This document shows positions 21,052 to 33,866 of a DNA stretch of 64,000 nt, one piece after another. Origin of the DNA: Thecamonas trahens ATCC 50062 (taxonomy: Eukaryota > Protista > Apusomonadida). A model generated the notes under the pieces. It was not told the origin of the DNA. It did not search any database and saw only the letters and a list, made by a program, of their open reading frames with translations. Within the stretch, counting starts at the first letter, position 1. The number at the start of each line of letters is the position of its first letter. A program made the position numbers and the translations under genes. Location of the stretch: positions 1 to 64,000 of the forward strand of contig NW_013657661.1 of assembly GCF_000142905.1 (NCBI RefSeq). Reading direction: 5' to 3'.

Positions 21052-24009
21052 ATGGCTACGGTGACGTGCGAGGCATCTGCCACGTCGGCAGATATTGCCG
21101 CCACAATGTCATCACTACCGCCGCGGGTCATGGCCCTCCGTTTCGTCTCGACACACATGGCGTCAACGGACACCGCAGCCGCAGCAGGCGGCCTCATCGT
21201 CGCAGCTGCAAATGCCGGCATGGAGGAGCTCGAGCTCTCACACAACGCCATGACAGATGACACGCGCGCGGCCCTGATATCGGCCCTCGGTGCTGGCTCG
21301 ATCCTCCTCCCCTCACTCTCCTCGCTCGTCATTGTCTCCAACGTGGTCGATCAGAGTCTGCTGTCCGCCGTAGCGCGTGCCTCGCCGGCGCTCGCCTCGA
21401 TCGAGCTGAGGCACTGTACCGCAGCAGAGGGAAGCCTGACAGAGGTCATGGAGGCGCTGGCTAATGACTGTCCGGATGTGGAAAAACTTGTTGTCGTCGA
21501 CTCGCCCATCGGCAACGCAGGCGTCCGCCGATGGCTCGCCGGCCCTCGGCCCAGGCTCGTCCATCTGGCGCTGGGTGACGTCGGTCTCGGGCCGACCTCT
21601 GTCGCTACGCTTCTAGCCGCCGAGCTGCCTGCCCTTGCTACCCTTGTTCTTGACGACAATCCGCTCGGAACTGCAGCCGTTGAGCGCCTCCTCGATGCAG
21701 GCAGTCGATGGGCGCCAGCGCTGCAGCGGCTCTCGCTCGCCAGGACCCGAGTTCTGCCCAAAGACGTCCCGAGCCTCATTGCCCGTGCTGAAACGCGACG
21801 CCCAACCACAGATGTCACGCTGGCTCCTCAGCAGAAGCCCGTCTCGGCTCGAGACGCCGCCTACTTTGGCGACGGGCTCGACGAGTGGCGACAGGCCCTC
21901 GCCTTCGCCATGACCCGCGTACACTCGCCGTCGCTCATCGACTTGCTCGCAAGCTGGCATGCGGCTGCTACCTCCGAGCGGCTCGATGGATTTTATCTCG
22001 GATACCTTGACCTCGACGGCCATGATCTGCAGCAGGTCGTCCATCTTGCCGCCGCAAACGTTGGCGCACTCCCGGCTCCTGCTCCCATCTGCGGCATCTA
22101 CCTTGAAGGTGTACAGCTCGGCGACGGACGTGTTAGCGAGCTGGCAGCGGCACTGGATGCGCTTCCATATCCGCTTGAAGGAGTCACCACACTTGTGCTC
22201 AAAGGAACAAGCATCAATGCCGACGACGCCAACCTTCTCGCAAGCGCTCTGCCGCGCGCCCTGCCGTCTCTCGAAGTCCTCGACGTGTCCAACAATCCTG
22301 AGCTGACTACCAGCAGCATTGTTTCGCTCTTCGCCACACTGGCAACGCAGGGTATCTCTCTAGTTGTCTTTGCTGCTGCAAGCACCGCTCTTGACACATC
22401 TGCTGTGGCACAGCTTGTTGCGCACGCGCCAGCCATGCCCAAGCTGGTAGAGATCGATGTTCGCGGCAACGGGCTCGACGCTGACGATCTCGACGACCAG
22501 GTTTGTGATGCGGCGCGTGACGCCGGAATCGGCATTGTCTTCACCGACGACGATGCGCCGGTGTACCGCCAAGAGCCGCTAGCCAGCCCATTCACAGCCC
22601 ATCCCCCATCGGGCATCACACTCGGTGATCTCGACGTTTCGGTCGCCGCCGCTCCGTCGCCACTGCCGCAGTCTACAGCGTCAACTATCCGCATACAGTC
22701 ATCAAGTGATACTGAAGCGGCCTCCGCGCCACAGCAAGTCGCGATGCAGGCTACGCGGCATAACGTGCATACGCCGATGGCGGGAGTGCAGATCACGAAC
22801 AAGATCCAGATTCAGCTCGATGTTCTTCTTGACGCAGTCGAGCAGCTGGAGCCGCCGTCGACCAAGGTCATGGAGCTAGTGACCTCTCTCCGAGCTTCGC
22901 TTGGCGCGACCCGCGACATGCTGCGCAAGACCCAGCGCGAAGGCGCGGCACTCGAGACAGCTGTTGCAACCACACACACCAAGCTCGCGGGTGTCCAGCA
23001 AGAGATGAAGCGGCTGATGGCATACTCGGCGACTGCGAGCGCTGTCGGCCCGGATCTCCTTGCTGGCGCGCTGCCACCCGAGCTCGACGAGCTCGACACC
23101 CAGCGGTTCGTGCTCCGCGACCAGCTGCGATCGCTCACATCGTCGACCACGCAGCTGCTCTCGCTCCAGGCTGATCTCCTCTCGTCGCTTCTCGACGAGT
23201 CGTCGGCACTTGTTCAGGTCTCCGCCGCACACGCGCGACCGTCGCAGTGGGCGCTGCTCGACGCCGCCGGCCTCGGCTCGCATGCCAAGCTGACAGAGCT
23301 TCTTGCTGAGCTTGAAAGCCTGGCAGCTTCGATGAACGAGCTTGCCGGTGCGGAGGACCGAGCAGCGGCAGCAGCAGTGACCGCCACCTTGGCGCACGAC
23401 AAGGTTCGCAAGCTGGAGCTAGAGTTGGCCGCCGCGCGCGAGGCGGCGGTTGCGGCCGACGCCAGCGCCCGGAGTGCCGACGCCGCCAAGCTCGCGCTGC
23501 GCGAGTCTGTGGCCGCCGCGGCAAGCGCGCTCAACGTCAACACGATCGGAACCGGCTCGCGGAACAGAATCAATGCGCTCGCGGCGCGGCTTCGGACGGC
23601 ACATACGCACTTTGCTGACGTTGTCCACGCCGCCGAATCACTGGCCGAATCACAGGCGCTGGCTGCGGACGAGTCGACGTCTGCCGCGGCCGAGCTTGCG
23701 CGCGTCCACACCGCCCTGGCCAAGGTCCGCGGCCACGAGGCCGCAGCATCCGAGGCGATGGAGGCGCTTGACGCGGCGAACGAGCTCGCACGCAAGCACA
23801 GGATCCAGCTCGGCGAGGTGGCGCGACTCGAGTCGCGGCTTGCGCTGCTCGAGGGCGACCGCGACACTGCTCTTCACAACGCAAACCTTAGTCTTTACAA
23901 GGAGACCGAGCTCGCGTACAACCAGACTTCGGGCCTGCTCGCCAACGCGCGATTCGAGGCAGCGTCGCTGGCCAACAGCATCGACTCGATGCGGGTATCG
24001 ATGCGGTAA
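21052..24009 (+). CDS. RNI-like leucine-rich repeat protein with C-terminal coiled coil
   Basis: LELSHNAM, LVLDDNPLG, LEVLDVSNN and IDVRGNGL repeats in two blocks, then an Ala/Glu/Leu heptad-rich C-terminal half. Confidence 0.8.
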   Translation: MATVTCEASATSADIAATMSSLPPRVMALRFVSTHMASTDTAAAAGGLIVAAANAGMEELELSHNAMTDDTRAALISALGAGSILLPSLSSLVIVSNVVDQSLLSAVARASPALASIELRHCTAAEGSLTEVMEALANDCPDVEKLVVVDSPIGNAGVRRWLAGPRPRLVHLALGDVGLGPTSVATLLAAELPALATLVLDDNPLGTAAVERLLDAGSRWAPALQRLSLARTRVLPKDVPSLIARAETRRPTTDVTLAPQQKPVSARDAAYFGDGLDEWRQALAFAMTRVHSPSLIDLLASWHAAATSERLDGFYLGYLDLDGHDLQQVVHLAAANVGALPAPAPICGIYLEGVQLGDGRVSELAAALDALPYPLEGVTTLVLKGTSINADDANLLASALPRALPSLEVLDVSNNPELTTSSIVSLFATLATQGISLVVFAAASTALDTSAVAQLVAHAPAMPKLVEIDVRGNGLDADDLDDQVCDAARDAGIGIVFTDDDAPVYRQEPLASPFTAHPPSGITLGDLDVSVAAAPSPLPQSTASTIRIQSSSDTEAASAPQQVAMQATRHNVHTPMAGVQITNKIQIQLDVLLDAVEQLEPPSTKVMELVTSLRASLGATRDMLRKTQREGAALETAVATTHTKLAGVQQEMKRLMAYSATASAVGPDLLAGALPPELDELDTQRFVLRDQLRSLTSSTTQLLSLQADLLSSLLDESSALVQVSAAHARPSQWALLDAAGLGSHAKLTELLAELESLAASMNELAGAEDRAAAAAVTATLAHDKVRKLELELAAAREAAVAADASARSADAAKLALRESVAAAASALNVNTIGTGSRNRINALAARLRTAHTHFADVVHAAESLAESQALAADESTSAAAELARVHTALAKVRGHEAAASEAMEALDAANELARKHRIQLGEVARLESRLALLEGDRDTALHNANLSLYKETELAYNQTSGLLANARFEAASLANSIDSMRVSMR

Positions 24010-24027
24010 AGAGGAAAGACAGTATCA

Positions 24028-27000
24028 CTACACAAGCAGGCCAGCGGCAGCCTGCAGTGCCGGGCGCTTATCGGCGGCGTGCTTGTGCTGCTCGATGATG
24101 CGGCCGAGCTCGGCGAGAACCCGAAAGACGGCGTCGATGTGTGGCGGCCCGTCGGCGAACAGCGCCTCGAGCAATGAGTCGGTGAGCTCAGCCCAGGCAG
24201 CAATATGGTGGGTGGGTGGTGGGATGAATGCCGTCCGGCGGGCAGGCGAGGGAGGCGGCGGCGGGAGCGGGGGCAGGACCGGCGGCGGGGGCGGGAGCGG
24301 AGCCGAGCCACTTGAGAGCGGCGGATCATGACTGCCAGACACGTTGGCCTTGGCGTGCTCGCCGGCCGAACGAAGGACCCGGAAGTGACGCGCGCGAAGC
24401 GTGGCGAGCCGCTTGAGCATGGAGCCGAGGGTGCGAACATCGAAGCGGTGGATGAGCGAGGCGGCAAGGTCATACATCTCGTCGGCTCGGTTGCGGGTCC
24501 GCGCTGGGTCACCTTGCGGGTTGTACTCGTAGGCGTTGTCTCGAATGAGCTTGATGTCAGCCATAAAGGCAGCTGTCGAGGTGTAGTGCCCGGCCGAGAC
24601 GCGGTCGTCCATGTCTTCGAGACAGAGCGGCGTGTCGATGACGTCGTAGTAGTCGGGGAAGGCGTTGGCCGAGACTGGGCGGACAAAAGGCTTGAGCCGC
24701 GGCTGGCGCTTGAGCTCGGCAACGACGTTGCGGAGGTAGATGCGAAGCTCTAGGAGGGCGTGCTCCTCCTGTGCCTCGAGTGAGGCCAGCTCGGCCTCGT
24801 CCGAGAGCGAGGCGGGCGAGTGCTCTGTGGCGGCGGCTGAGCGACGTGCGATTGCCGCCAGTGCGTCAGCGGGCGACAGTGCTCCGGGCAGCGGCGCTGG
24901 GGCAGGGAGGCCTGTCGAGGGGCGGTGGATGTCATGTGTCGCCCCGAGACTCTCGTCTTCATCCTCGTCGTCGGTCTCGGGCACGCTGCCCGGCTGGTAG
25001 CTGAAGAACGAAGAGCGATGGGCGGCGAGGATGACCTCGACGGCGGCGCGCGAGGGGCGCGGGACGTGCAGCGTGGCGCGTGGGCCGGAGAAGAGTGCCG
25101 CCAGCCGCGGATGCCCGAGCTCATCGAGCGGGACCGCCGACGACGCAAGGAGCAGGACCGGCAATGGCGGCGGGAGTGCGGTGTAAGCGGCGAGAAAGGC
25201 CTCAATGGAGGCAGGCGGGACGAGGTCGACCCAGGTATCGAGGTCTGGGATGACAATCAGGGCCGGGAGCGCGCGCGGGAGCTCCTGGAAGGCGTCAGCG
25301 ACAGCAGTCCCGGTCGGCGAGCTATGAATGGCGGTGGATGAGAGATTGAAGACCGGCATGCCCTGGCAGGTGTGCGCGAGCGCCCAAAGGAGGCGGGAGG
25401 AGCCGGAGCCGCTATCGCCAACCAGGCAGAGGGCAGGGCGATGGAGAGGCACCGGGTGGAGGAGCCAGTGCGAGGCCGGATGGGTTGCAGATGTCGGGAT
25501 GAGGTTTGGAGCCTGGGCTTGAAGGCCGGCAAGGGCAGCGCGGAGCGGCGCGTCGAGCAGCAGCACTTCGTTTTCGGTGAGGCGCGAGGCAGCGGCAGGC
25601 GAGGAGCGGGCCGACGCTGGAGTGACTGACGCGAGCGCGGCGTCAAAGTCGGCGTCAGTGACGGTCACAGCCGCGGCGTCAAGCGTGTACTTGCCGGCCG
25701 CGGTGTAGACGGCGGGATAGGTGCGGCGAAAGGCGGCAAGAGTCGCCTCGGTACAAAGCGCGCGGAGGTCCGAGCCGCCGTAGCCTGCCGTGGCGGCGGC
25801 GAGGTTCGTGAGTGTGTCGTCGGACGGCTGGTTGGGCATTTTGGCAGTGTGGATGGCCAAGATGGCCTTGCGGCCCTCGACCGACGGCAGCGGGAAGAGG
25901 AGCTCACGGTCAAAGCGGCCAGGTCTGCGGAGGGCTGGGTCGATGGCGTCGACGCGGTTGGTGGCGCCGATGACGACGACACGGCCGCGGGCAGACGCGC
26001 CGTCCATCATGGCCAGAAGTGTGGAGACGAGCGAGTTATGGATCTGGTCTTGTCGTGAGAGCGGACCGGGGCGAGGCCGTCGATCTCGTCAAAAAAGATG
26101 ATGGACGGGGCGGCGGCGGCGGCGGCGTCAAAGAGCATCCGCAGCTGGCGCTCGGCCTCGCCGACCCATTTGGAGAGGCAGTCGGCGCCCTTGCGCATGA
26201 AAAAGGCGACAGGTGTTCCGGATGCCGACGCGGCGTTGGCCACGGCCTGGGCCATGAGCGTCTTGCCTGTCCCGGGTGGGCCGTGGAAGAGAACGCCCGC
26301 TGGTGCGTGGAGGCCGAGGGCGGCAAAGGTCTCCGGGTAGACGAGCGGAAGGACGACAAGCTCCTTGAGAGCGCGGATGTGGTCGTCGAGACCGCCGACC
26401 GAGTCAAAGGTGATGTCGGGGTTGACGGCAATCGGCTCGGCGGCAGTGCCAGACTTGGCTTTGCCTGCAAGCTTGGCCTTGTTTTTGCCCGGGCCGTGGC
26501 GGGCGCGCCCGTGCCCGTGTCCGCCTGGTCCGTGGCTGTGGTGGGTCCGCTGCGAGCCGTGGACGCCAGACGAGGAGTCTGACGACGAGCCCGACGCCGA
26601 CGAGTCAAACCGGACCCGCGAGTGCGGCGAGGTGGTGCGGCGAGCCGAGGCGGTGCGGCGAGCGGAGCGGGTGCGCGCACGAGCGCCAAGTAGCGAGCCC
26701 GAAGTCGACGACGAGCCCGAACCGGACGAGGTATTGACAGCCAGCAGCGAGCGGTGGCGCTTGGGTGGGCGGTACGCGACCATGTTCCGCGGGATGCGCT
26801 CAGTGCGCGAGGCCGAGGAACGCGAGCGTTTGCGCGGCGAGCGGCGGGGACGCGAGCTCCTTGTCGACAACGCCTTGCGCGAGCGCGACTGGCGCTGGGC
26901 CGGTGTGGTTGGTGCCGATGCCGCCGCCGGAGGAGCAATGGTGTCGCGCCGGCGAAGCGAGTAGCCGAGGCCCTTGGCGACGACGCAGATCGGGCAGTGC

Positions 27001-28175
27001 CAGAGCTCGTCCGGGTGCGCGTCCGGGTCGCGCCGGTAGCGCTCGACGACGCAGCGGTCATGAAAAACGCGTGGGCAGTCGTCACAGGCAACGAGCGCAC
27101 CATCGCTCCGGCCGCACTCGTAGCACTCGCTGTCGACCGGGATCTCGCGTGGCGGCGGCGCCGGTGCAAGCGAGCGCTTTCCGCCGCGGCCGTGCTGGCT
27201 GGCGATGTCGTTGTTGAGAATGTAGGAGACGTCGTCGTTGCCAGCCTCGCACTCGGACGGCGAGAGGAGGCAGAGCGGACAGACCCACTCGTCGTCGTCG
27301 TCAGCATCCAGCGGCGGGCGGTGTCGGCGTGCGAGGCAGCGTGAGTGGTACGTCCGAGTGCACCGCTCACAGCAGAGCAGCTGGCCACCCTCGACACAGA
27401 GGTAGCACGCCTCGTCCGAGTCATCAAAGTGGTTGGCGCTGGGCGGAACCGGCGAGCCGCGGCCCTCTGCCCGGCAGCGTGGGCAGAACCAGTCGTCATC
27501 AGGGCCATCGAGCGGAGACGGACGATGGGCGAGGCGGAGACACGCCGGGTGGTAGGCGAGCGGGCAGCCTATTGACGAGCACACCAAAAGTTCGCCGCCA
27601 TCGACGCAGATGAAGCAGAACTCACACTGTGCCGGAAAAGGGGGGGGGGGGGGGGGGGGGGGGGGNNNNNNNNNNNNNNNNNNNNNNNNNNNNNNNNNNN
27701 NNNNNNNNNNNNNNNNNNNNNNNNNNNNNNNNNNNNNNNNNNNNNNNNNNNNNNNNNNNNNNNNNNNNNNNNNNNNNNNNNNNNNNNNNNNNNNNNNNNN
27801 NNNNNNNNNNNNNNNNNNNNNNNNNNNNNNNNNNNNNNNNNNNNNNNNNNNNNNNNNNNNNNNNNNNNNNNNNNNNNNNNNNNNNNNNNNNNNNNNNNNN
27901 NNNNNNNNNNNNNNNNNNNNNNNNNNNNNNNNNNNNNNNNNNNNNNNNNNNNNNNNNNNNNNNNNNNNNNNNNNNNNNNNNNNNNNNNNNNATCCCCCCC
28001 ACCCCCCCCAACCAAAAGCTTAAGGGGAAGGCGACTTGAAAAAGGTCGTAGAAAGTACCTCTGCTGGTTCAGCCTCGGGTGAGGGCTCGGGCTTGGGTGC
28101 TGGCTCGGTGATGGGTTGGGGTATGCTTGTGGGTGGTGCCACGACTACGTCCATGTCAGAGACTGCTGTAGACAT
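24028..28175 (-). CDS. ATAD2: ATAD2/Yta7-like AAA+ ATPase with bromodomain and three N-terminal PHD fingers; intron spans the gap (about 27628-28058); frameshift near 26055
   Basis: GVLFHGPPGTGKT, FFMRKGADCLSKWVGEAERQLR, IIFFDEIDGLAPVRS, ALRRPGRFDRE, bromodomain PDYYDVIDTP...NAYEYN, three C4HC3 fingers. Putative exon 1 MSTAVSDM...EPAE at 28059-28175. Confidence 0.9.
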
Positions 28176-28299
28176 GGGGTGAGGTGGGGGGGGGGGGTGA
28201 GGGTGAGGTGGGAGTGAGTGGCTGGCGCTGGCAGCCCGCTGTCGCCGTGTTCAATGAGAGCTCCTGATTGCGGGCGCTGTCAGCAGCGTACTTGGCCGT

Positions 28300-31200
28300 T
28301 TAAGAGCTGTACATACCGGTAGAGTAGATGTCATCCGAAGCTGTACTTGCGTTGGACTGACTGGTAGCATCGGCATCGATGTCGGTGTCAGCATCGGTGT
28401 CGGCATCGGCATTTGAGTCACGATCGGCGTTGGCGTCGTGGGAGCCACGGTCGGCATTGTTACCCAGATTCACAACGTGGCGGTCGATGATGGCCTTCCA
28501 GTTCAAGACGAGGACAAGGACGGTAGCGATGACAGCAGAGACAACAGCAAGAGCGATGGCAGCGGTGGACGTCCGGCCCGAGTCGACGGCAAAGATGAGG
28601 ATGACGATGATGCCCGCGAGCGCACCTGGGAGCGGGACGATGGCGCGCCAGCGCTCGACGGCAGCCCAGGCGACAGCAACAAGGCCGATAGCGATGACAA
28701 TTGACGCCAGTATGATTTGGAGGCTGATGTTGTTCTTGAGTTTGGTGGCGATGGCCGAGAGGACAAGAACAAGCGCAAACGGCATGGCACCGAGCGGTGC
28801 GCGCGAGGATCGCAAGCCGGTGAACAGGAAGCGGATGCCAGCCTCGACGAGATGCATGCGATGAGACAAGGCGCGACGGGCCAAGCCTGCACGGGTAGTG
28901 CTTATGCCACAGCCCAGAACAACGAGCGGAAAGCCGCCGACAAAAGCAACGGCCATCGGCCAGAGGAGAAGGTAGGCGACGAGCTTGTGTGAGCCAGTGT
29001 AGCACTTGGTGGCGATCTCGTCGTCAAGGCGTGAGACGTTGTCGGCAAAGGTTGTGCACGAGAGTCCAGCAAGTGTCCGATACGTGAGCGGGGTATAGAA
29101 GGCGGCGGCAATAAAAGCGAGGGCGTAGGTGATCCATCGGCTGCGCGGAGCCTTTTCGCCAGCAGGGGCGTCATCGTCCGAGTTCTCGGCCGACGAGGCA
29201 GAGAGGAAGGTCTCCGACTCGGAGCTGCCTTCATCGGGCGACCGAGTGGAAGCATGCACCTCCTGCTGCTCAACGACAGAGGTCGACTCGGAGATGGAGC
29301 TGAGTGACGACTCGAGGAGGGCAGATTCTGAGCGAATGGCCGACGACGAGGAAGTCGAGGTGGTCGATGGCGACAACGACGACGCGGATGTTGATGACGA
29401 GGTGTACGTGGTTGACGATGACGAGGTCGAGGTGGTAGCAGTCTCGGAATGAGCCGTGGCGGCGGATCTGACGCGGCGACGAACACGGACCATGCGCATG
29501 CGGGCGCGGGTGCGCGCCGTGGCTGTTGATGTACCGTCCGAGTCGAGCGACGACGGCGAGCGGATGTGAGTGGCCGAGGTGACCGAGCTATCATTTGCGT
29601 CGACGTAGACGACACGGCGGATCCTTACCTTCCGGCGAAGTGGGTCGGCCGAGCGCTGGCGGATGCATGCAATGAGAGAGGCGATGATGAGCATGATGAC
29701 AAAGACGATAAAGAGGAGCAGGTAAAAGGCAACAAAATACGGTGCCGACCACGTCGTGAGACATCCAAAGCCAAAGGCCTCCGGATCAAAGAGAATGATG
29801 CCGGACCAGCGCAAAACGGTGGTCCAGAACGATGTGTGTGCATCACGGTGAGAGAGGGTGTATCGGACAACGAGTGCGACAAGCTGAACCACCATGAGGA
29901 CGATGATAAAGACGCCGGCGTGGCGATGCGGAGCACAGGCGAGGACGGCGAGGATAATGACGCAGAAGAGGAGGAGGAAGAGGATGATGAGCAGACGGTA
30001 GGCGAGTGACTCACAGGCGATGCACACGCCCGACGAGGCAACATGGTAGCCATCGGCGCACGAGGTGCAGAGCAGGCCGGTTCGGGACGGGATGCACGAC
30101 GCATGGCCAAAGCCATCAAAACGAGCCGAGCTACTCTCGCCACCAGTGCCATCGGATGCACCCGGCGGTGTCGAGGCCTTGTCGATCTCGTGGCCTGGAC
30201 AATTGGTGGCAATGGGACAGACGATCGGCGGAGTGTTGTCGTCAGCGTTCCAGTAGCCCGGCTTGGACCAGAACCGATCGCCGCCTGGGCAGAATGCGCC
30301 AGGAAAGTCGATGCAGTCGCGACAGACGCCGTTGAAAAGGACAAAGCCCGGATCGGTGCAGTCCGAGTCGACGTAGTAAATCGAGTTGTTGACCCAGTAC
30401 CGCTTGGCCTCGCCGGTACCATCATCGTCGACAACAATGCGCATGGGCGCATAGCCGGGCTTGGCGGAGGGCGGCGAAACAAATGAGATCTCGCCAGTGT
30501 CGTCGACGGTGGCCTCGACCTGGACAAAGGTCGGCGTTGTGGCATCGGCCGAGTCATAGACGGCAACCTCGACGAAGACCTTGCTGGCTTTGGTAAAGTC
30601 CACGAGGAGCGACTCGGTAGAGAGGACCATTGTCTTGCCGCCGTCCAGCTGAGACGCCGATGGAGTATGGTGCCACACGATTGGCCAGATCATGTCGGTG
30701 GGGATGATCGGCGGCAGCGGCGGGGAAGGGGGTGGCGGCGGGGATGGTGGTGCCGGTGGCGGCGATGGTGGTGGCCGCGGTGATGGTGGCGGCGGCGGGG
30801 AAGGAGGAGGCGGCGGCGATGGTGGAGGCGACGGTGGCGGAGGACTCGGCGGCGGCGGAGGACTCGGCGGCGGAGGAGGACTCGGCGGCGGAGGAGGACT
30901 CGGCGGCGGAGGAGGACTCGGCGGCGGAGGAGGACTCGNNNNNNNNNNNNNNNNNNNNNNNNNNNNNNNNNNNNNNNNNNNNNNNNNNNNNNNNNNNNNN
31001 NNNNNNNNNNNNNNNNNNNNNNNNNNNNNNNNNNNNNNNNNNNNNNNNNNNNNNNNNNNNNNNNNNNNNNNNNNNNNNNNNNNNNNNNNNNNNNNNNNNN
31101 NNNNNNNNNNNNNNNNNNNNNNNNNNNNNNNNNNNNNNNNNNNNNNNNNNNNNNNNNNNNNNNNNNNNNNNNNNNNNNNNNNNNNNNNNNNNNNNNNNNN

Positions 31201-33190
31201 NNNNNNNNNNNNNNNNNNNNNNNNNNNNNNNNNNNNNNNNNNNNNNNNNNNNNNNNNNNNNNNNNNNNNNNNNNNNNNNNNNNNNNNNNNNNNNNNNNNN
31301 NNNNNNNNNNNNNNNNNNNNNNNNNNNNNNNNNNNNNNNNNNNNNNNNNNNNNNNNNNNNNNNNNNNNNNNNNNNNNNNNNNNNNNNNNNNNNNNNNNNN
31401 NNNNNNNNNNNNNNNNNNNNNNNNNNNNNNNNNNNNNNNNNNNNNNNNNNNNNNNNNNNNNNNNNNNNNNNNNNNNNNNNNNNNNNNNNNNNNNNNNNNN
31501 NNNNNNNNNNNNNNNNNNNNNNNNNNNNNNNNNNNNNNNNNNNNNNNNNNNNNNNNNNNNNNNNNNNNNNNNNNNNNNNNNNNNNNNNNNNNNNNNNNNN
31601 NNNNNNNNNNNNNNNNNNNNNNNNNNNNNNNNNNNNNNNNNNNNNNNNNNNNNNNNNNNNNNNNNNNNNNNNNNNNNNNNNNNNNNNNNNNNNNNNNNNN
31701 NNNNNNNNNNNCGGCGGCGGGGAAGGAGGAGGCGGCGGCGATGGTGGAGGCGGTGGTGGCGGGGGACTCGGCGGTGGCGGAGGACTCGGCGGCGGAGGAG
31801 GACTCGGCGGCGGAGGAGGACTCGGCGGCGGAGGAGGACTCGGCGGCGGAGGAGGACTCGGCGGCGGAGGAGGACTCGGCGGTGGCGGCGGCGGCGACGG
31901 CACGACAAACTCACAGATGGCCACCCAAACATGACCAGAGTCCTTGTTCGAGGCCGGTCCCGAAAAGATCATATCCGGACATCCCGCACCGTTGATGTCA
32001 CCTGTAGACATTGCGTAGCCGAGCTCTGCGCCAATCGAGACGGCCGACTGGAGCGCGGGGTTGGCCGAGTACGAGATGCGGGTAAAGGCTTCGACAGCAA
32101 TTGACGACGGGCCACTGTTGAGGAGAAGGACCGCGAGCATGCCGTAGTTGGGCCCGATCTCTTCGGCGCCGGGTGCTCCAAGCGCAAGATCGACGCATCC
32201 GTCAGCATTGATGTCCGCGAGCATCACGCCGGTCCCGATCTGTGAGAGCGAGCCAAGAGCAGGCGTAGGCGTCCAGCCTAGGGCGCCTTCTTCGACAATG
32301 GTCATACCTGTGATAGCCATAAGCGTCCAGTCCATGTCGACGAGGAAAACCCGTCCGCGCGCCGAGTCGTACAACGGCGCACCGACCGCAAGGAGCGGCG
32401 AGCCCGTCCCGCGCACATCGCCGGCGGCTATGGCAGAGCCAAAGCCCGAGCCAAGCGTCACCGGTGCCATACCCGATTGCGAATGGTCAAAAAGCGTAAA
32501 GGCAGTGACCGAGCCGTCGACGCGCGAGAGCGTGGCAATGAGAATCGAGCCATAGATCTGCGTCGTAATCCGATCCTGGCCCGAGGCCAGCCCGATGCCC
32601 ACAAGCGCGTGCGTTGCGTAGTTGATAGTACTCACGCCCTTGATAGTAGCCAGGCCCGAGCCGAACAGCTCGCCGGCCACAAGCGTAGTGAGTCCCAGCC
32701 CGACCCCGTTCTCGATGGTGGTCACCGATGAGACACCAGCGTCGGTGGTGAGGAAGATGATGATGACCTTGCCCGTCGCACCAAGGACCGGAGCACCCAC
32801 AAGCAAATCAGGGACCGAGTCGCCGTTGAGATCGCCGGCTCCGCCCACGGATGTGCCAAACTGGCCAGCCTGAGTCGAGAGCATGGTTGTCAGGGCGGAA
32901 GTGGCTTTTGAAAGAACAGACGTCGAGTTGGCCGAGCCGTCTTGGTTGAGCATGACAATGGTGACCGAACCGTCCGAGAGGTCAGCCAGCGGTGAGCCAA
33001 AGGCGGCATCACCGGTACCATCTCCATCAACATCCCCAATGAGTGCAACAGAGGTGCCAGAACGGGATGCCGTGGGGTAGGCCACTGTCGTGTTGTCCCA
33101 GTCGACAATCTCATCGAAAACAACTTGGCCTGTTCCGCAACTTGCCGCCAACTGGGCGAGGCCCACGAGCACAATCGCAGCTATCGCCAT
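28300..33190 (-). CDS. FG-GAP (integrin-alpha-type propeller) + (SPPPPP)n stalk + Cys-rich region + multipass membrane domain; spans the assembly gap
   Basis: Signal peptide; GDVDGDG...FGSP, GDLNGDSVPDLLVGAP, DINADG...LGAPG, GDINGAG; identical Pro-rich repeats on both sides of the gap; GAFCPGG..PGYW...GLLCTSCADGY; many TM helices. Confidence 0.8.
30712..31898 (-). repeat. Coding 18-bp tandem repeat encoding (SPPPPP)n, collapsed into the N gap 30939-31711
   Basis: ggactcggcggcggagga units flank both sides of the gap. Confidence 0.9.
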
Positions 33191-33749
33191 GCCAACAGGG
33201 GGCGGACAGGCATCATTGCTAACAATACTGATTTGGTAACGTGGGAAGGGGGGGGAGGGGGGGTCGGAGCTGACAAGAGAAAGCTGTTGCACCTACTCTA
33301 CCGGTGATTGCTGGCCGAATGCGAGGTGGCCTGTCTGGCCTCATTGTGGTCCGCACCCGCAAGCGTTTGACACAACACGATGGAGCTGTCTTCTTACCTG
33401 CCACAACGTCAAACACACACACATACACACACACACACACATACACATACACATACAGTCACATACACACACGCTCTCTCTTTCTCTCTCTCCTGTGTTC
33501 GCATCACCATCATACCTACCCTCGCGATGACAACAACCACATGTTTGTCAGAGTCGGCAGCTCAAGAAGGAAATATTTTCCCCCCCCCACCCCCCACCCC
33601 CCACCCCCCACCCACCCGCCGTCATGGCGACCCACGTCATTGTCTGCTGGGAACACCGACTGTGGCGACGAACCCAGCCGGTGGACCAAGGCGAAGGCGA
33701 CCAAGGCGAAGGAACGGGTGTATCTGGCATACTTGACTCTGCCAGCAAG

Positions 33750-33797
<48 letters not shown>

Positions 33798-33866
33798 ACA
33801 TACACACATACACATACACATACACATACACATCCTCTCTTTCTACTTACGACAAGAGTGGTCGCG

